From Nitrosopumilus maritimus SCM1 (GTDB taxonomy: Archaea; Thermoproteota; Nitrososphaeria; Nitrososphaerales; Nitrosopumilaceae), in NCBI RefSeq assembly GCF_000018465.1, contig NC_010085.1:1500001-1532000 (forward strand): a stretch of 32,000 nucleotides of DNA, given 5' to 3'. Of this stretch, positions 1-8,802 are shown one piece after another. The translations under genes and the position numbers were made by a program. The notes below the pieces were generated by a model. It was not told the DNA's origin and did not search any database. It was given only the letters and a program-made list of their open reading frames with translations. Within the stretch, counting starts at the first letter, position 1. The number at the start of each line of letters is the position of its first letter.

Positions 1-94
1 TTTTCTCAGAATTGTATTTTGAATAAAGAACATACAATCCAGGAATTATCAAAAGCAAAAATAATGCATAAAGATATTCAAAATGAATTTCCAT
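1..94 (-). CDS. 5' end of a CDS running off the window (N-terminal TM helix; possibly the BatA/vWA-type partner of MoxR-DUF58)
   Basis: The ATG at 94 on the minus strand abuts the DUF58 stop codon (95-97). The translation MEIHFEYLYALFLLLIIPGLYVLYSKYNSEK stays open to the window edge and begins with a hydrophobic helix. Only 31 codons are visible. Confidence 0.35.
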   Translation of the reverse strand, partial: MEIHFEYLYALFLLLIIPGLYVLYSKYNSEK

Positions 95-967
95 CTATTT
101 TCTCCTCCGAGTATGAATATAGCGATTAAATGTAACATCAAAGGGTTCCTCATTTGAAAGATTCAAAAAATCAACTCCCAGTTTTTTCATTTCATATTCA
201 ATTTCTTCTCTAGTCTTCTTAATAAGATTAGAATACTCTTCTTGGAATTTTTTATCAGAAGTGTTTACCAGTATTTGTTCTCCAGATTCTGCATCCTCTA
301 GATATACATGACCAATTTCAGGAATCTCTGTTTCACGAATATCAGAAATATTTACTAAAACAATTTGATGTTTTAATTTTAGATATTGCAATGGCTTTAC
401 GAATGAATCTGACATAAAATCTGAAACAACAAAAACAACACTTCGACGTTTTAGATTTTTTTGTAATTCTGATAATGATCTAAAGATATCTGTTTGTGTA
501 CTTTGAGGAGTGTATTCTAATAATTTTTTTAAAATTTCCATCATGTGTTTTTTGCCTTTTTTTGCAGGAACAAATTTTTCCAATGAATCTGTAAAAAGAC
601 CCAATCCAACTCTGTCATTGTTCTTTAGTGCAGAAAACATCAGAGAAGCTGTTATCTCAAATCCAAGTTCTTTTTTACTCTTTACAAAACCAAAGTCATT
701 ACTTGCAGACATGTCCATTACAACATAGACGTTAAGCTCTTTTTCTTCGACAAACTCTTTTACAAAAAGATCATTGTATCTAGCTGAAACATTCCAATCC
801 ACTCTTCTGGCATCATCACCAGCTGCATACTCTCTAACCTCAGAGAACTCAATTCCTCCACCTCTAAATCTGGACCTGTAGGCACCAGATTCCATGCCTT
901 CGACTAGATTTTTGGTCTTGATATCCAGGTTTTTTACCTGCTTCAAGAGTTCTGTGAGTTCAGTCAT
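95..967 (-). CDS. DUF58 family protein (vWA-like, MoxR-associated)
   Basis: 290 aa. It carries the motif SRFRGGGIEFSEVREYAAGDDARRVDWNVSAR followed by VVMDMSASNDFG (MIDAS-like DxSxS), which is typical of DUF58. It lies 9 nt downstream of the MoxR gene on the same strand. Confidence 0.85.
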   Translation of the reverse strand: MTELTELLKQVKNLDIKTKNLVEGMESGAYRSRFRGGGIEFSEVREYAAGDDARRVDWNVSARYNDLFVKEFVEEKELNVYVVMDMSASNDFGFVKSKKELGFEITASLMFSALKNNDRVGLGLFTDSLEKFVPAKKGKKHMMEILKKLLEYTPQSTQTDIFRSLSELQKNLKRRSVVFVVSDFMSDSFVKPLQYLKLKHQIVLVNISDIRETEIPEIGHVYLEDAESGEQILVNTSDKKFQEEYSNLIKKTREEIEYEMKKLGVDFLNLSNEEPFDVTFNRYIHTRRRK

Positions 968-976
968 GGCCTAAAC

Positions 977-1999
977 CTAAGGCGGATTGATTTTTTCTAA
1001 AACAAAGTCAATTACCTTATCAGAGGTAATTCCGTTTGCTTCTGCCTCAAATGTCAAAATTATTCTATGTCTGAGAACTTCGTGTGCAACAGCTTTGACA
1101 TCTTCTGGAATAATGAAGCCCCTTCCATTAAGCATGGCATTTGCTTTTGCAGTTCTCATTAACCAAATTGATGCTCTAGGAGATGCTCCAAACTCTATCA
1201 TATTTTCTAAATCTAGATCATAGTCTTTTGGAGTTCGTGTTGCATTTACAATATCTGCGATATATTCTGTAACTACTTTATCAGCATAAATTTTTTCATT
1301 GAATTTTTGAATTTCTAAAATTTCTTCAGGACTGATAATTGTATTTACTTTATCTTCTTGTTCAGATGAATTTTTTTCAATAATCTCGAGTTCTTCTTGT
1401 TTTGAAGGATAATCAATTAAAATTTTCAGAGCAAATCTATCAACTTGTGCTTCAGGAAGTTTGTATGTTCCCTCGTTTTCAATTGGGTTTTGTGTTGCAA
1501 GAACTAGGAATGGTTTTTTTAATTCAAATGTGTCTCCGTGTATGCTGACATTTCTTTCTTGCATTGCTTCAAGTAATGCTGATTGGACTTTGGGTGGTGC
1601 ACGATTAATCTCATCAGCAAGCACAAAATTATGAAATATCGGACCCTTTTGTGTTACAAATGATCCTGAGGCATTCTTGTAAATTTTTGTTCCTAAAATA
1701 TCTGCTGGAAGTAAATCGGGTGTAAATTGAATTCTAACATGATCAACATTGAAAATTTGTGCCATTGTCTTTACCATCAATGTCTTTGCTAAACCAGGAA
1801 CACTCTCTAAGAGTACATGGCCATCAGCTATTATTGAAATGAGAATTTTCTGTAAAGCGTCTTGTTGTCCAATCACAACTTTATGAGATTCTTCAAAAAC
1901 TGCATTTAGTTTCTTTGCATACTTTTGAGCTTGCTCACTTAGCTTTTTGATATCTTCATTTGATACCGAATAGTTTACGTGATTCTCTCTCAGTGCCAT
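977..1999 (-). CDS. moxR: MoxR-family AAA+ ATPase
   Basis: 340 aa. It has a Walker A-like VPGLAKT, the Walker B motif FVLADEINRAPPKVQSALLEAMQE, and the sequence VLATQNPIENEGTYKLPEAQVDRF, which is the canonical MoxR/RavA core. Confidence 0.9.
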   Translation of the reverse strand: MALRENHVNYSVSNEDIKKLSEQAQKYAKKLNAVFEESHKVVIGQQDALQKILISIIADGHVLLESVPGLAKTLMVKTMAQIFNVDHVRIQFTPDLLPADILGTKIYKNASGSFVTQKGPIFHNFVLADEINRAPPKVQSALLEAMQERNVSIHGDTFELKKPFLVLATQNPIENEGTYKLPEAQVDRFALKILIDYPSKQEELEIIEKNSSEQEDKVNTIISPEEILEIQKFNEKIYADKVVTEYIADIVNATRTPKDYDLDLENMIEFGASPRASIWLMRTAKANAMLNGRGFIIPEDVKAVAHEVLRHRIILTFEAEANGITSDKVIDFVLEKINPP

Positions 2000-2126
2000 G
2001 TCGTAGAATGCCGTTTTCGGGATAAATATCAGACTGGTTCATTCGAAAGATGTACCAGTATTCATACGCACGGCGTAAACTGACCTTTTGAATTTGCAAT
2101 TCTTATTGTCTAGATTAAAAATTTGA

Positions 2127-3422
2127 TCAAACTACAATAATTTCTCGTTGTACTAGATTCTCAATTATGTTTAAGAATTGTTCATCAGTAATTTTTTCTT
2201 CATACCACCAACCTGCAGGAATTTGTACCCATTGAGGAATCTTCCATTGTGATTCAGAAACTACTTCACGCGTTGGAACAGATAGGATTTGTTTTTCAAA
2301 AAGAAAGTCAATTCCTTCTAAAAATTCTGAATCAGGAATTTGTTGAGTTGCCCACCAGTCAGCATTTTGTTTTACCCAAACAGGAACTGTAGGAAGTTCA
2401 GGAGGTAATCCTTTGTCAAAACCTGAAATCTTCAAAACACCTTGGGATTGAGGCTCAACAGTAAATGCAACATGCCAGAATCCCATATCATCAATGCTTT
2501 GGATAAATTCTATAGGTTCGTCATTTAGTGTGACAGAAAATTTTTCATTTCCAGAAATTGGAGCAAATTCAAAGTTTGCATATGTCTCTAATGGATAACT
2601 ATTGTAACCTCTAATTGTCATTGTTGTTCCAGATTCATCAAATTTTGCAGCTGAATACCATGCACCTGAATCGTATCTGAAATCAAAATCACCACCATTC
2701 TTCTTTGCAGTCACAGGAATTACAGTAGTATCAACTGGTGCAAAGCAACTATAGTAAAAGATATCCTCAGTTACTGAAGGATCAGGATACATTGTAAAGT
2801 CTAGAATTTCTCCAGGTTCAATTTTTTCAATATATTCGATATTTTGAGTAATATCTAGAACTTTTTCATATCCATGAACAACTGCAAAAATTTTTGGAAA
2901 GTGTATTGTTTCATTTCCAGTGTTTTGAATTCTGCCTGATATATGACCATCTTCATGTTTGACTAGTGTCTTATCATAAAGAATTTGGATTGGAACTGGA
3001 TTAGTCATTGTTTGTTCATAAATTAATTCAGGATTAACTAGAACTGGAGTGTTTGATTGTACTTCAGGAAATTTTATCTTAAATGGAATTTCTGTTCCAG
3101 CAGCAAGTGGAACATGCTGAATAGTTTTTGAAATTGTTTCAGAATTTTCAATTACAGAAACGGTAATTGTAGGAATTATTGCAAAATCATTTTCATTTTT
3201 AACATTACCAACTACAGTGTAAATTCCAGTTGAATCAAAATATCCCAAGTACTCATGTAATGGAACATAAACTTCAGCAAAACTCAAACTAGGAGAAAAC
3301 AGAATGATTGAGAAAAATCCTAGTAATAGAAGAATTTGTGGTTGAGAAACTCTAGAAAGAGTTGATGATATCTTCGAATCCAGAAGTTGGTTTTTCAAGT
3401 AGGCTTGGTCTATAGTCTTCAA
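2127..3422 (-). CDS. Secreted protein with duplicated beta-sandwich-like domains and two C-terminal 37-aa WW modules
   Basis: 431 aa. The signal peptide ends ...SPSLSFA|EVY. The two C-terminal modules are VPVWVKQNADWWATQQIPDSEFLEGIDFLFEKQILSV (2277-2387) and IPQWVQIPAGWWYEEKITDEQFLNIIENLVQREIIVV (2130-2240). The tracked start at 3422 is TTG, and a second in-frame TTG lies at 3398. Either start overlaps the upstream wHTH gene by 47-71 nt, so the true start is uncertain. Confidence 0.8.
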   Translation of the reverse strand: MKTIDQAYLKNQLLDSKISSTLSRVSQPQILLLLGFFSIILFSPSLSFAEVYVPLHEYLGYFDSTGIYTVVGNVKNENDFAIIPTITVSVIENSETISKTIQHVPLAAGTEIPFKIKFPEVQSNTPVLVNPELIYEQTMTNPVPIQILYDKTLVKHEDGHISGRIQNTGNETIHFPKIFAVVHGYEKVLDITQNIEYIEKIEPGEILDFTMYPDPSVTEDIFYYSCFAPVDTTVIPVTAKKNGGDFDFRYDSGAWYSAAKFDESGTTMTIRGYNSYPLETYANFEFAPISGNEKFSVTLNDEPIEFIQSIDDMGFWHVAFTVEPQSQGVLKISGFDKGLPPELPTVPVWVKQNADWWATQQIPDSEFLEGIDFLFEKQILSVPTREVVSESQWKIPQWVQIPAGWWYEEKITDEQFLNIIENLVQREIIVV

Positions 3423-3852
3423 CTAGTTTATCTATCAAGTCTCTGACTTTAATATGATATCTTTTTTTGAGTTGAACAACTTTTGTTTCTACTAGTCCAT
3501 CATCAACTAGTTGTGACAAATACAATGACACGGTTGATGGGGATTTGTTTACCTCTTTAACTAGTTGAGGAAATTCTAAACCATCTTCTTTGACTAGTGC
3601 AAGTAACAAATCACGTGGAGTTTGTTTTCTTAATGCTTTGATAACAATTGATTCATCTTCTGTAATTTGTGGAGGATAGAATCTAGCTTGTCTTGGACCA
3701 CGATCAGCTTTGATAACTCCGTTTCTTTCTAATTTATCTAGATAATGACTTAGTACTCCATTTTTTAATCCAGAAGAACGCATGATTTCACGGAATTGGA
3801 TTCCTGGATTTTTTTCTATTATTTCTTGAATTTGTGAATCTCTATCAGTCAT
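3352..3852 (-). CDS. Transcriptional regulator with two winged-helix (ArsR/MarR-like) domains
   Basis: 166 aa. The first wHTH is IQFREIMRSSGLKNGVLSHYLDKLERNGVI. The second is FPQLVKEVNKSPSTVSLYLSQLVDDGLVE. Its start overlaps the stop of the upstream membrane-protein gene by 8 nt. Confidence 0.75.
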   Translation of the reverse strand: MTDRDSQIQEIIEKNPGIQFREIMRSSGLKNGVLSHYLDKLERNGVIKADRGPRQARFYPPQITEDESIVIKALRKQTPRDLLLALVKEDGLEFPQLVKEVNKSPSTVSLYLSQLVDDGLVETKVVQLKKRYHIKVRDLIDKLVEDYRPSLLEKPTSGFEDIINSF

Positions 3853-4237
3853 TTCTAAACACTCCTAACGCTAGCAATCCTAATGTTGCAAAGGTCAATA
3901 AATGTCCTACCTCTGCAAGAGGCATAAATTCTAGATCATAGATGCTTGGCCATGTTGCATCAACTAACAAAACAACTTCAGCTGCAATAAAGTTGGCAAA
4001 TGCTATAGAGCTAAGTAAAAGTCGTTTTGTTCTTAATCGATAGTATGCAAATCCTGCAAGTATTGAGATGAAAACTGCAAGAGTAATTCCTCCAACATGT
4101 AAAAAGATGTGAGCGATATGATGCCCATGTAGTAAATGAGGGATGATTACTGGTAAAGCCAAAATTGCAACAACACCAGTAACTACAAGAGAAAATAGCA
4201 TAGATTTTTTCTCTAGTATCCTTTCAGCTCTAAACAA
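3845..4237 (-). CDS. Small polytopic membrane protein with a His-rich first helix end
   Basis: 130 aa (118 aa from the ATG at 4201) with about 4 predicted TM helices and the motif PHLLHGHHIAHIFLH. The tracked start at 4237 is TTG, and the ATG at 4201 (MLFSLVVTG...) is an equally good start. Confidence 0.6.
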   Translation of the reverse strand: MFRAERILEKKSMLFSLVVTGVVAILALPVIIPHLLHGHHIAHIFLHVGGITLAVFISILAGFAYYRLRTKRLLLSSIAFANFIAAEVVLLVDATWPSIYDLEFMPLAEVGHLLTFATLGLLALGVFRND

Positions 4238-4300
4238 AGTAATGAAATTTGATTAATTTTTCATTTAAAGCAACTGGTTCAATTCTCGAACTAGCATCGA

Positions 4301-5923
4301 TCAGACACGAATGATTCCCTTTTGAATCAAATATTCCAGTCCTTGGACAAATGTCTGATCGTCTATTTGTTTTGCAGCCCACCATGCAGCATTGTTTCTA
4401 ATCCATGATGGAATTTCTTGGGATGAAGAATCTTGTTGTTGTGTTGATGGAATTACAATTATTTTGTTTTTGATGAGATATTCAATTCCTTGAACAAATG
4501 TATTATCATCAATTTGTTCTTCAGACCACCACAATGCATTGTTTCTAATCCAATCAGGAATTGTAATTTCTTTTTGAGATGTAACTCTATCAATTACAAT
4601 TGGAATAGTTGTTCTTGCAAGATCATTATTATCTAAATTATTAAAATTTAGATTAACAATTCCTGTAACATCTTGTGGAATTGTAAACTCTACTACATTA
4701 TGTTCTTCTCTTGAATCAGTACTTGTTCCACTTTGTTGGTAAATGACTTTGTTATTTTGTGTAATAGAGAAATCATAATTTGTTGCTATAGGTTTGTTTT
4801 TCAAGAAAACATCAGTTACATCAAATAATATTTTTGCATCAGAACCAGATTGCAAGTTTTCAGGTTCCCAAGATGCAAAAATTCGAAATTGTCCATTTTC
4901 AGTAACTGAGCTCATATGCGGATAATCTCTATCAGGAGTAATTAGGAAATTCATGCCATTTTCATTTGAGCCATTTTCAAGAACTCGGAGTAATTCTTGT
5001 TGATAAATAATAAAATGCACCACACGACCGTCAGAAAAAAAGTCATCTATTGTAGATATGTCATCAGAGAGTTCTACTCCATTAATGTACATGGTGAATC
5101 CAGATACAAGCAAATCACCATAGGTTTTTGGAATATCTAACTCTTCATGGACAACTGATGTTTGATTGATGTTTGTATGACTCCATTCAAAAGGCATTGA
5201 AAATCTAATCTCTTTTGAATCAGTATCATATTCAAAGTCAGATATTTCATCATAGTAAGTAATTACGTCAATGCTTTGTTCTCCAAAGTTTGGATCAACA
5301 AAATCATGGCTAGAGGTTTGGGCAATAGAAATTCCTGCATTAAACACTAGTGGTTTTTCAAGTGTTTTTGAATATCCATCAGCAGTAAGTATACTGATAT
5401 CAAATTTGTACAGTCCACCCTCACTGAGTTTTGGGCCTTTGACATGAATTAGTCTACTATCTAATCCCAATATGGAACCAAAGAAATTAGCACCAGTTTC
5501 TTCTTCTATTACAATAGAATCAGTTTCTTCTGAAACAAAATTGAATACTAGAAAACCATTATCTGTTTTGAATTCTTGCTCAAAGAGAAATTGGTTTCCT
5601 TTCTCAGATTTTATGTGAAATGTAACATCACGTAGTGTAATTTTTGAATCAAAGTCAATCAGAGAAATAGAGATTTGTTGATCGTCATCTGCTTCAGGAT
5701 CACTTTGTGATGAAGAAACCTCTACAGTTACTTGTTTTCCATCAAGGTTTACAGGAGGAAATGTCTCACTTCCTACACCATGACCAAAGGCACTATCAAA
5801 AGTAAATACAAACAACAATGGCAGTAAAAGTAACAGGAATAGATTTTTCAAATTATGTCCACTTGTTTGGATCTTTTTTACGAATTTCTTTTCCATCAAT
5901 TGTAACAGAGTCTTTTTCTTCAA
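4301..5923 (-). CDS. Secreted multi-domain protein, paralog of 6093-7811, with a predicted N-terminal His after signal cleavage and two C-terminal WW modules
   Basis: 540 aa as tracked, from a TTG start. The signal peptide ends ...FTFDSAFG|HGVGSE. It is collinear with 6093-7811 in sequence (SIAQ..., MPFEW/MPFDW, VVHEE..PKT, VVHF(I/L)I..QEL). The WW modules are at 4451-4561 and 4304-4414. Alternative starts are the ATG at 5896 and the TTG at 5851 (MKNLFLLLLLPLLF...). Confidence 0.85.
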   Translation of the reverse strand: MKKKTLLQLMEKKFVKKIQTSGHNLKNLFLLLLLPLLFVFTFDSAFGHGVGSETFPPVNLDGKQVTVEVSSSQSDPEADDDQQISISLIDFDSKITLRDVTFHIKSEKGNQFLFEQEFKTDNGFLVFNFVSEETDSIVIEEETGANFFGSILGLDSRLIHVKGPKLSEGGLYKFDISILTADGYSKTLEKPLVFNAGISIAQTSSHDFVDPNFGEQSIDVITYYDEISDFEYDTDSKEIRFSMPFEWSHTNINQTSVVHEELDIPKTYGDLLVSGFTMYINGVELSDDISTIDDFFSDGRVVHFIIYQQELLRVLENGSNENGMNFLITPDRDYPHMSSVTENGQFRIFASWEPENLQSGSDAKILFDVTDVFLKNKPIATNYDFSITQNNKVIYQQSGTSTDSREEHNVVEFTIPQDVTGIVNLNFNNLDNNDLARTTIPIVIDRVTSQKEITIPDWIRNNALWWSEEQIDDNTFVQGIEYLIKNKIIVIPSTQQQDSSSQEIPSWIRNNAAWWAAKQIDDQTFVQGLEYLIQKGIIRV

Positions 5924-6059
5924 AGATTGTATGCCATTTACCGTTACTAGGGAAAATTTTGTTCATCTCTTCAACTTTTTTACTGGTTGGAGCTTTATTC
6001 ATCAAAGCTCCCCACCTCATGTTAGGAACTTTTGGCATGATATCATTGATGTCTTTCAT
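5853..6059 (-). CDS. Possible small protein (68 aa), function unknown
   Basis: This ORF is open in an AT-rich genome where random ORFs are short, and it lies between the two large paralogs. Its stop (5853-5855) sits 1 nt before the in-frame TTG at 5851 of the next gene. It has no recognisable motif and overlaps the tracked N-terminus of 4301-5923. Confidence 0.35.
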   Translation of the reverse strand: MKDINDIMPKVPNMRWGALMNKAPTSKKVEEMNKIFPSNGKWHTIFEEKDSVTIDGKEIRKKDPNKWT

Positions 6060-6092
6060 TTTATTATCACTTTACTGAATTTATTTAAAAAC

Positions 6093-7811
6093 TTATGATT
6101 GAACTTTCATGATTCCTTCTTTAATCAAGAATTGAATTCCTTGGATAAAGGCATCATCATCAATTGCGCCTTCTGCCCACCAACCTGCATTGTTTTTAAT
6201 CCATGCTGGAATTTCATTAGAACCTGTACCTTCACCTGCAGAGGTTGGGGGGATTTGCAAAATATTTTCTTTAACTAAATATTGAATTCCCTGAACAAAA
6301 GAACCATCATCTATTTGTCCAGCAGCCCACCATTCTGCATTGTTCTTAATCCATGCAGGAATTGCGGCCGGTGTTTGTTCTTCAGGTGTAGGCACAGTTT
6401 TACCAGTACTAGGACCTAACTCAATTATTCCTGAACCAATTCCTGCATAAGTCTCATCATATGCTAATCCAGTACCTAAGGCTCTAATGTCAATCCTATA
6501 GACTCCTTGTGATGGGACATAGATTTTCTTTATGTCAATTCCTTCAGTGGCCACTATTCCTGGCATTTGTGGATCATCTCCCAAAAAGGTCTCTAGGACT
6601 TCATCGTTTTCGTCAATAAATGATACAACATATCTCATATCTCGAATAAGTTCTCTATTTTCATCAAAGAATGTAATCTCAAATGGAATTTCATCTCCTG
6701 CGCCATAACTTCCATCCCATGAAATGTTAACAGTTGTTGGAACAGGTTCATAGTTTGTAGTGTCTACTAGATAAAATTCAGTTGATTGTTTTTCTATTTC
6801 ATCAAGTGGAACGAGTTTCAAATCCATTTTTGGATTTTCATAGTTTGCTTCACCTAATGTCTCGTTAATTCTTTGTAATTCTTGATTAGTAATTAGAAAG
6901 TGAACAACGTTAGTATCATCATATGAGTATGGATCATTTAGTAATGCTCTTTGATCAACCTCGATACCATTAACATATCCTTTGAATTGTTTACCTTCTG
7001 CATATGGTGCAAATGTTTTTGGGACTCTAACTTCTTCATGAACTACTTGGACCAAATCAACATATTCTGGAGTCCAGTCAAATGGCATATCAAATGAAAT
7101 TGAATTATCTGATTGATCAAAGTTGAAATTATCAACTTGATCATAGTATGTTTTGACAACAACTGGAATGTCTGCATTTGCAGTTTGTATCATAAAGTTT
7201 TGATCTTGTGCAATACTAACAAAAGTATCATAGCTTAACAAATTTGCCAAGATAGATTTTGGACTGGTTGCAGCTTCAATATCAACACGGATTTGATACA
7301 ATCCACCTTCTATGAATATTGGACCCGTAATTTCAGGTCTTGCACACACATCTAAATTCTCATCATTACAATCCGTACCATAAACAAATAGAGCACCAGG
7401 TGCACTGACATGTTCTGAACCATAATAAACAGAACATTGATGTAGATTTTCCTCATTACAATCAGTTTTTGGTGTTATTTTTACATCTAGTCGTCCATCC
7501 AAATCATAAAACAAGTTTCTAGCTAAAAGTTCTCCACTTTGCCAAACTTCTATTCTGTAGGTTACTTTGTCAAGATTGGTATCAGTCACAGTATCAAAGA
7601 AACGAACTTGCATGTTTGCGGTATCAACTTCACCTACTGTAATATCAGATGGAGTTAGTTGTGTGCTAACAGTCACTGCCATATCACCAAAAGAGATAGC
7701 AGGAGCTTGATCTCCACCTAGACCATGTCCAAAGACATCAGGTACTAATGCAGGTATTGTGAAAATTCCAATTATCGTAATGAATAACGCAAATTTGTTA
7801 TGCAATACCAA
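6093..7811 (-). CDS. Secreted multi-domain protein, paralog of 4301-5923, with a predicted N-terminal His and two C-terminal WW modules
   Basis: 572 aa. Only TTG starts are available (7811 or 7805). The signal peptide ends ...ALVPDVFG|HGLGGD. The WW modules are [37 protein letters not shown] (6252-6362) and [39 protein letters not shown] (6096-6212). Confidence 0.85.
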   Translation of the reverse strand: MVLHNKFALFITIIGIFTIPALVPDVFGHGLGGDQAPAISFGDMAVTVSTQLTPSDITVGEVDTANMQVRFFDTVTDTNLDKVTYRIEVWQSGELLARNLFYDLDGRLDVKITPKTDCNEENLHQCSVYYGSEHVSAPGALFVYGTDCNDENLDVCARPEITGPIFIEGGLYQIRVDIEAATSPKSILANLLSYDTFVSIAQDQNFMIQTANADIPVVVKTYYDQVDNFNFDQSDNSISFDMPFDWTPEYVDLVQVVHEEVRVPKTFAPYAEGKQFKGYVNGIEVDQRALLNDPYSYDDTNVVHFLITNQELQRINETLGEANYENPKMDLKLVPLDEIEKQSTEFYLVDTTNYEPVPTTVNISWDGSYGAGDEIPFEITFFDENRELIRDMRYVVSFIDENDEVLETFLGDDPQMPGIVATEGIDIKKIYVPSQGVYRIDIRALGTGLAYDETYAGIGSGIIELGPSTGKTVPTPEEQTPAAIPAWIKNNAEWWAAGQIDDGSFVQGIQYLVKENILQIPPTSAGEGTGSNEIPAWIKNNAGWWAEGAIDDDAFIQGIQFLIKEGIMKVQS

Positions 7812-7915
7812 AACAATGTTAATTCCATATTTAAAGATGGCATAGTATTCCTATACGTGAGATTTTTTTTAAGAATGATGGTACGATTTTTATTTATCAA
7901 TTTTTGAAGTACGGT

Positions 7916-8743
7916 ATGAAGATTCTGTTTGTATTATTACTTATTCCATTTTTAATGGTTCCAGCATTTGCTGAAACTCAAACATTACCCACAGAAAAGA
8001 ATACTCTTGATGTTAAATTAACATACGATACCATTGAGCCAGGTATTCAAACTAAGATCAACATAGATTTTATTAATCCACAAACTCAAAAAGTTCAAGA
8101 ACACATTGACTATACAGTAGTTGTTTCAAAAGATGGTGAGACTGTATTTGGTCCAATTCCACTTACACATACTTCTCTGGGTTCTGTCAAAATCCCAATA
8201 GAATTTAATCGTGGTGAAGGAGTGTATTCAATGGACTTTGAAGTTGAAGGAATTTTATTCCAACCAATTCCAAGAGAGACTGTATCTTTTGATATTCAAG
8301 TAGGTGAAGCCAATGCACAACCAATTACACCACCTGAAGACAACAATGATGAGAATAATGGAGAAAATGGGGGTTGTCTTATTGCAACAGCAACATTTGG
8401 TTCAGAACTTGCACCACAAGTACAACAACTTAGGGAACTTAGAGACAACACAGTTCTCAAAACAAATTCAGGAATTACATTTATGACAACTTTTAATCAA
8501 TTCTATTATTCGTTCTCACCAGTTATTGCAGACTTTGAAAGAGAGCAACCATTATTCAAAGAAGTTATGAAAGTAACACTCACTCCAATGTTATCATCAT
8601 TATCATTGCTTAATCATGCAGATATTGATTCAGAACAAGAGATGTTAGGTTATGGCATATCCATAGTACTGCTAAATCTTGGAATGTATGTTGGAATTCC
8701 TATATTTGGAATTCTAAAGTTGTACCAATTTAGAAAAAACTAG
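7916..8743 (+). CDS. Secreted beta-sandwich protein with a CFI-box-type C-terminal domain (GC(L/F)IATA(T/A)(F/Y)GS...LRxxRD)
   Basis: The tracked ORF starts at the TTG at 7904, but the ATG at 7916 gives MKILFVLLLIPFLMVPAFA|ETQ. An Asn/Glu/Asp/Gly-rich acidic linker is followed by GGCLIATATFGSELAPQVQQLRELRDNTVL... (Cys codon at 8375-8377) and a hydrophobic tail. This matches the motif I recall for CFI-box-CTERM proteins. Confidence 0.8.
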   Translation: MKILFVLLLIPFLMVPAFAETQTLPTEKNTLDVKLTYDTIEPGIQTKINIDFINPQTQKVQEHIDYTVVVSKDGETVFGPIPLTHTSLGSVKIPIEFNRGEGVYSMDFEVEGILFQPIPRETVSFDIQVGEANAQPITPPEDNNDENNGENGGCLIATATFGSELAPQVQQLRELRDNTVLKTNSGITFMTTFNQFYYSFSPVIADFEREQPLFKEVMKVTLTPMLSSLSLLNHADIDSEQEMLGYGISIVLLNLGMYVGIPIFGILKLYQFRKN

Positions 8744-8802
8744 GATTCACTTATTGGAAATTCTAGTGAGGTTTTTATGTATCCAACAAAGTAAACTGTT
8801 TA

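Noticed and set aside
510-728. These are antisense or alternative-frame ORFs inside confidently called genes. They include 510-728, 987-1223, 5818-6078, 8304-8486, 8754-8942, 9390-9572, 11848-12069, 12316-12597, 12534-12725, 13555-13773, 14368-14571, 14720-14932, 15256-15447, 15354-15593, 15655-15840, 15803-16024, 17231-17422, 17704-18009, 17844-18062, 18808-18990, 19046-19231, 19414-19614, 20670-20870, 25427-25642, 25477-25722, 27992-28177 and 31244-31480.
   Set aside because: Each lies within or opposite a longer ORF that has clear family motifs. Their translations are low-complexity or hydrophobic shadow sequences with no recognisable motif.
2000-2126. A GC-richer spacer, considered as a tRNA or C/D-box sRNA.
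   Set aside because: It has no cloverleaf, and GGTTCATTCG is not a T-arm. There is no convincing RUGAUGA/CUGA box pair on either strand.
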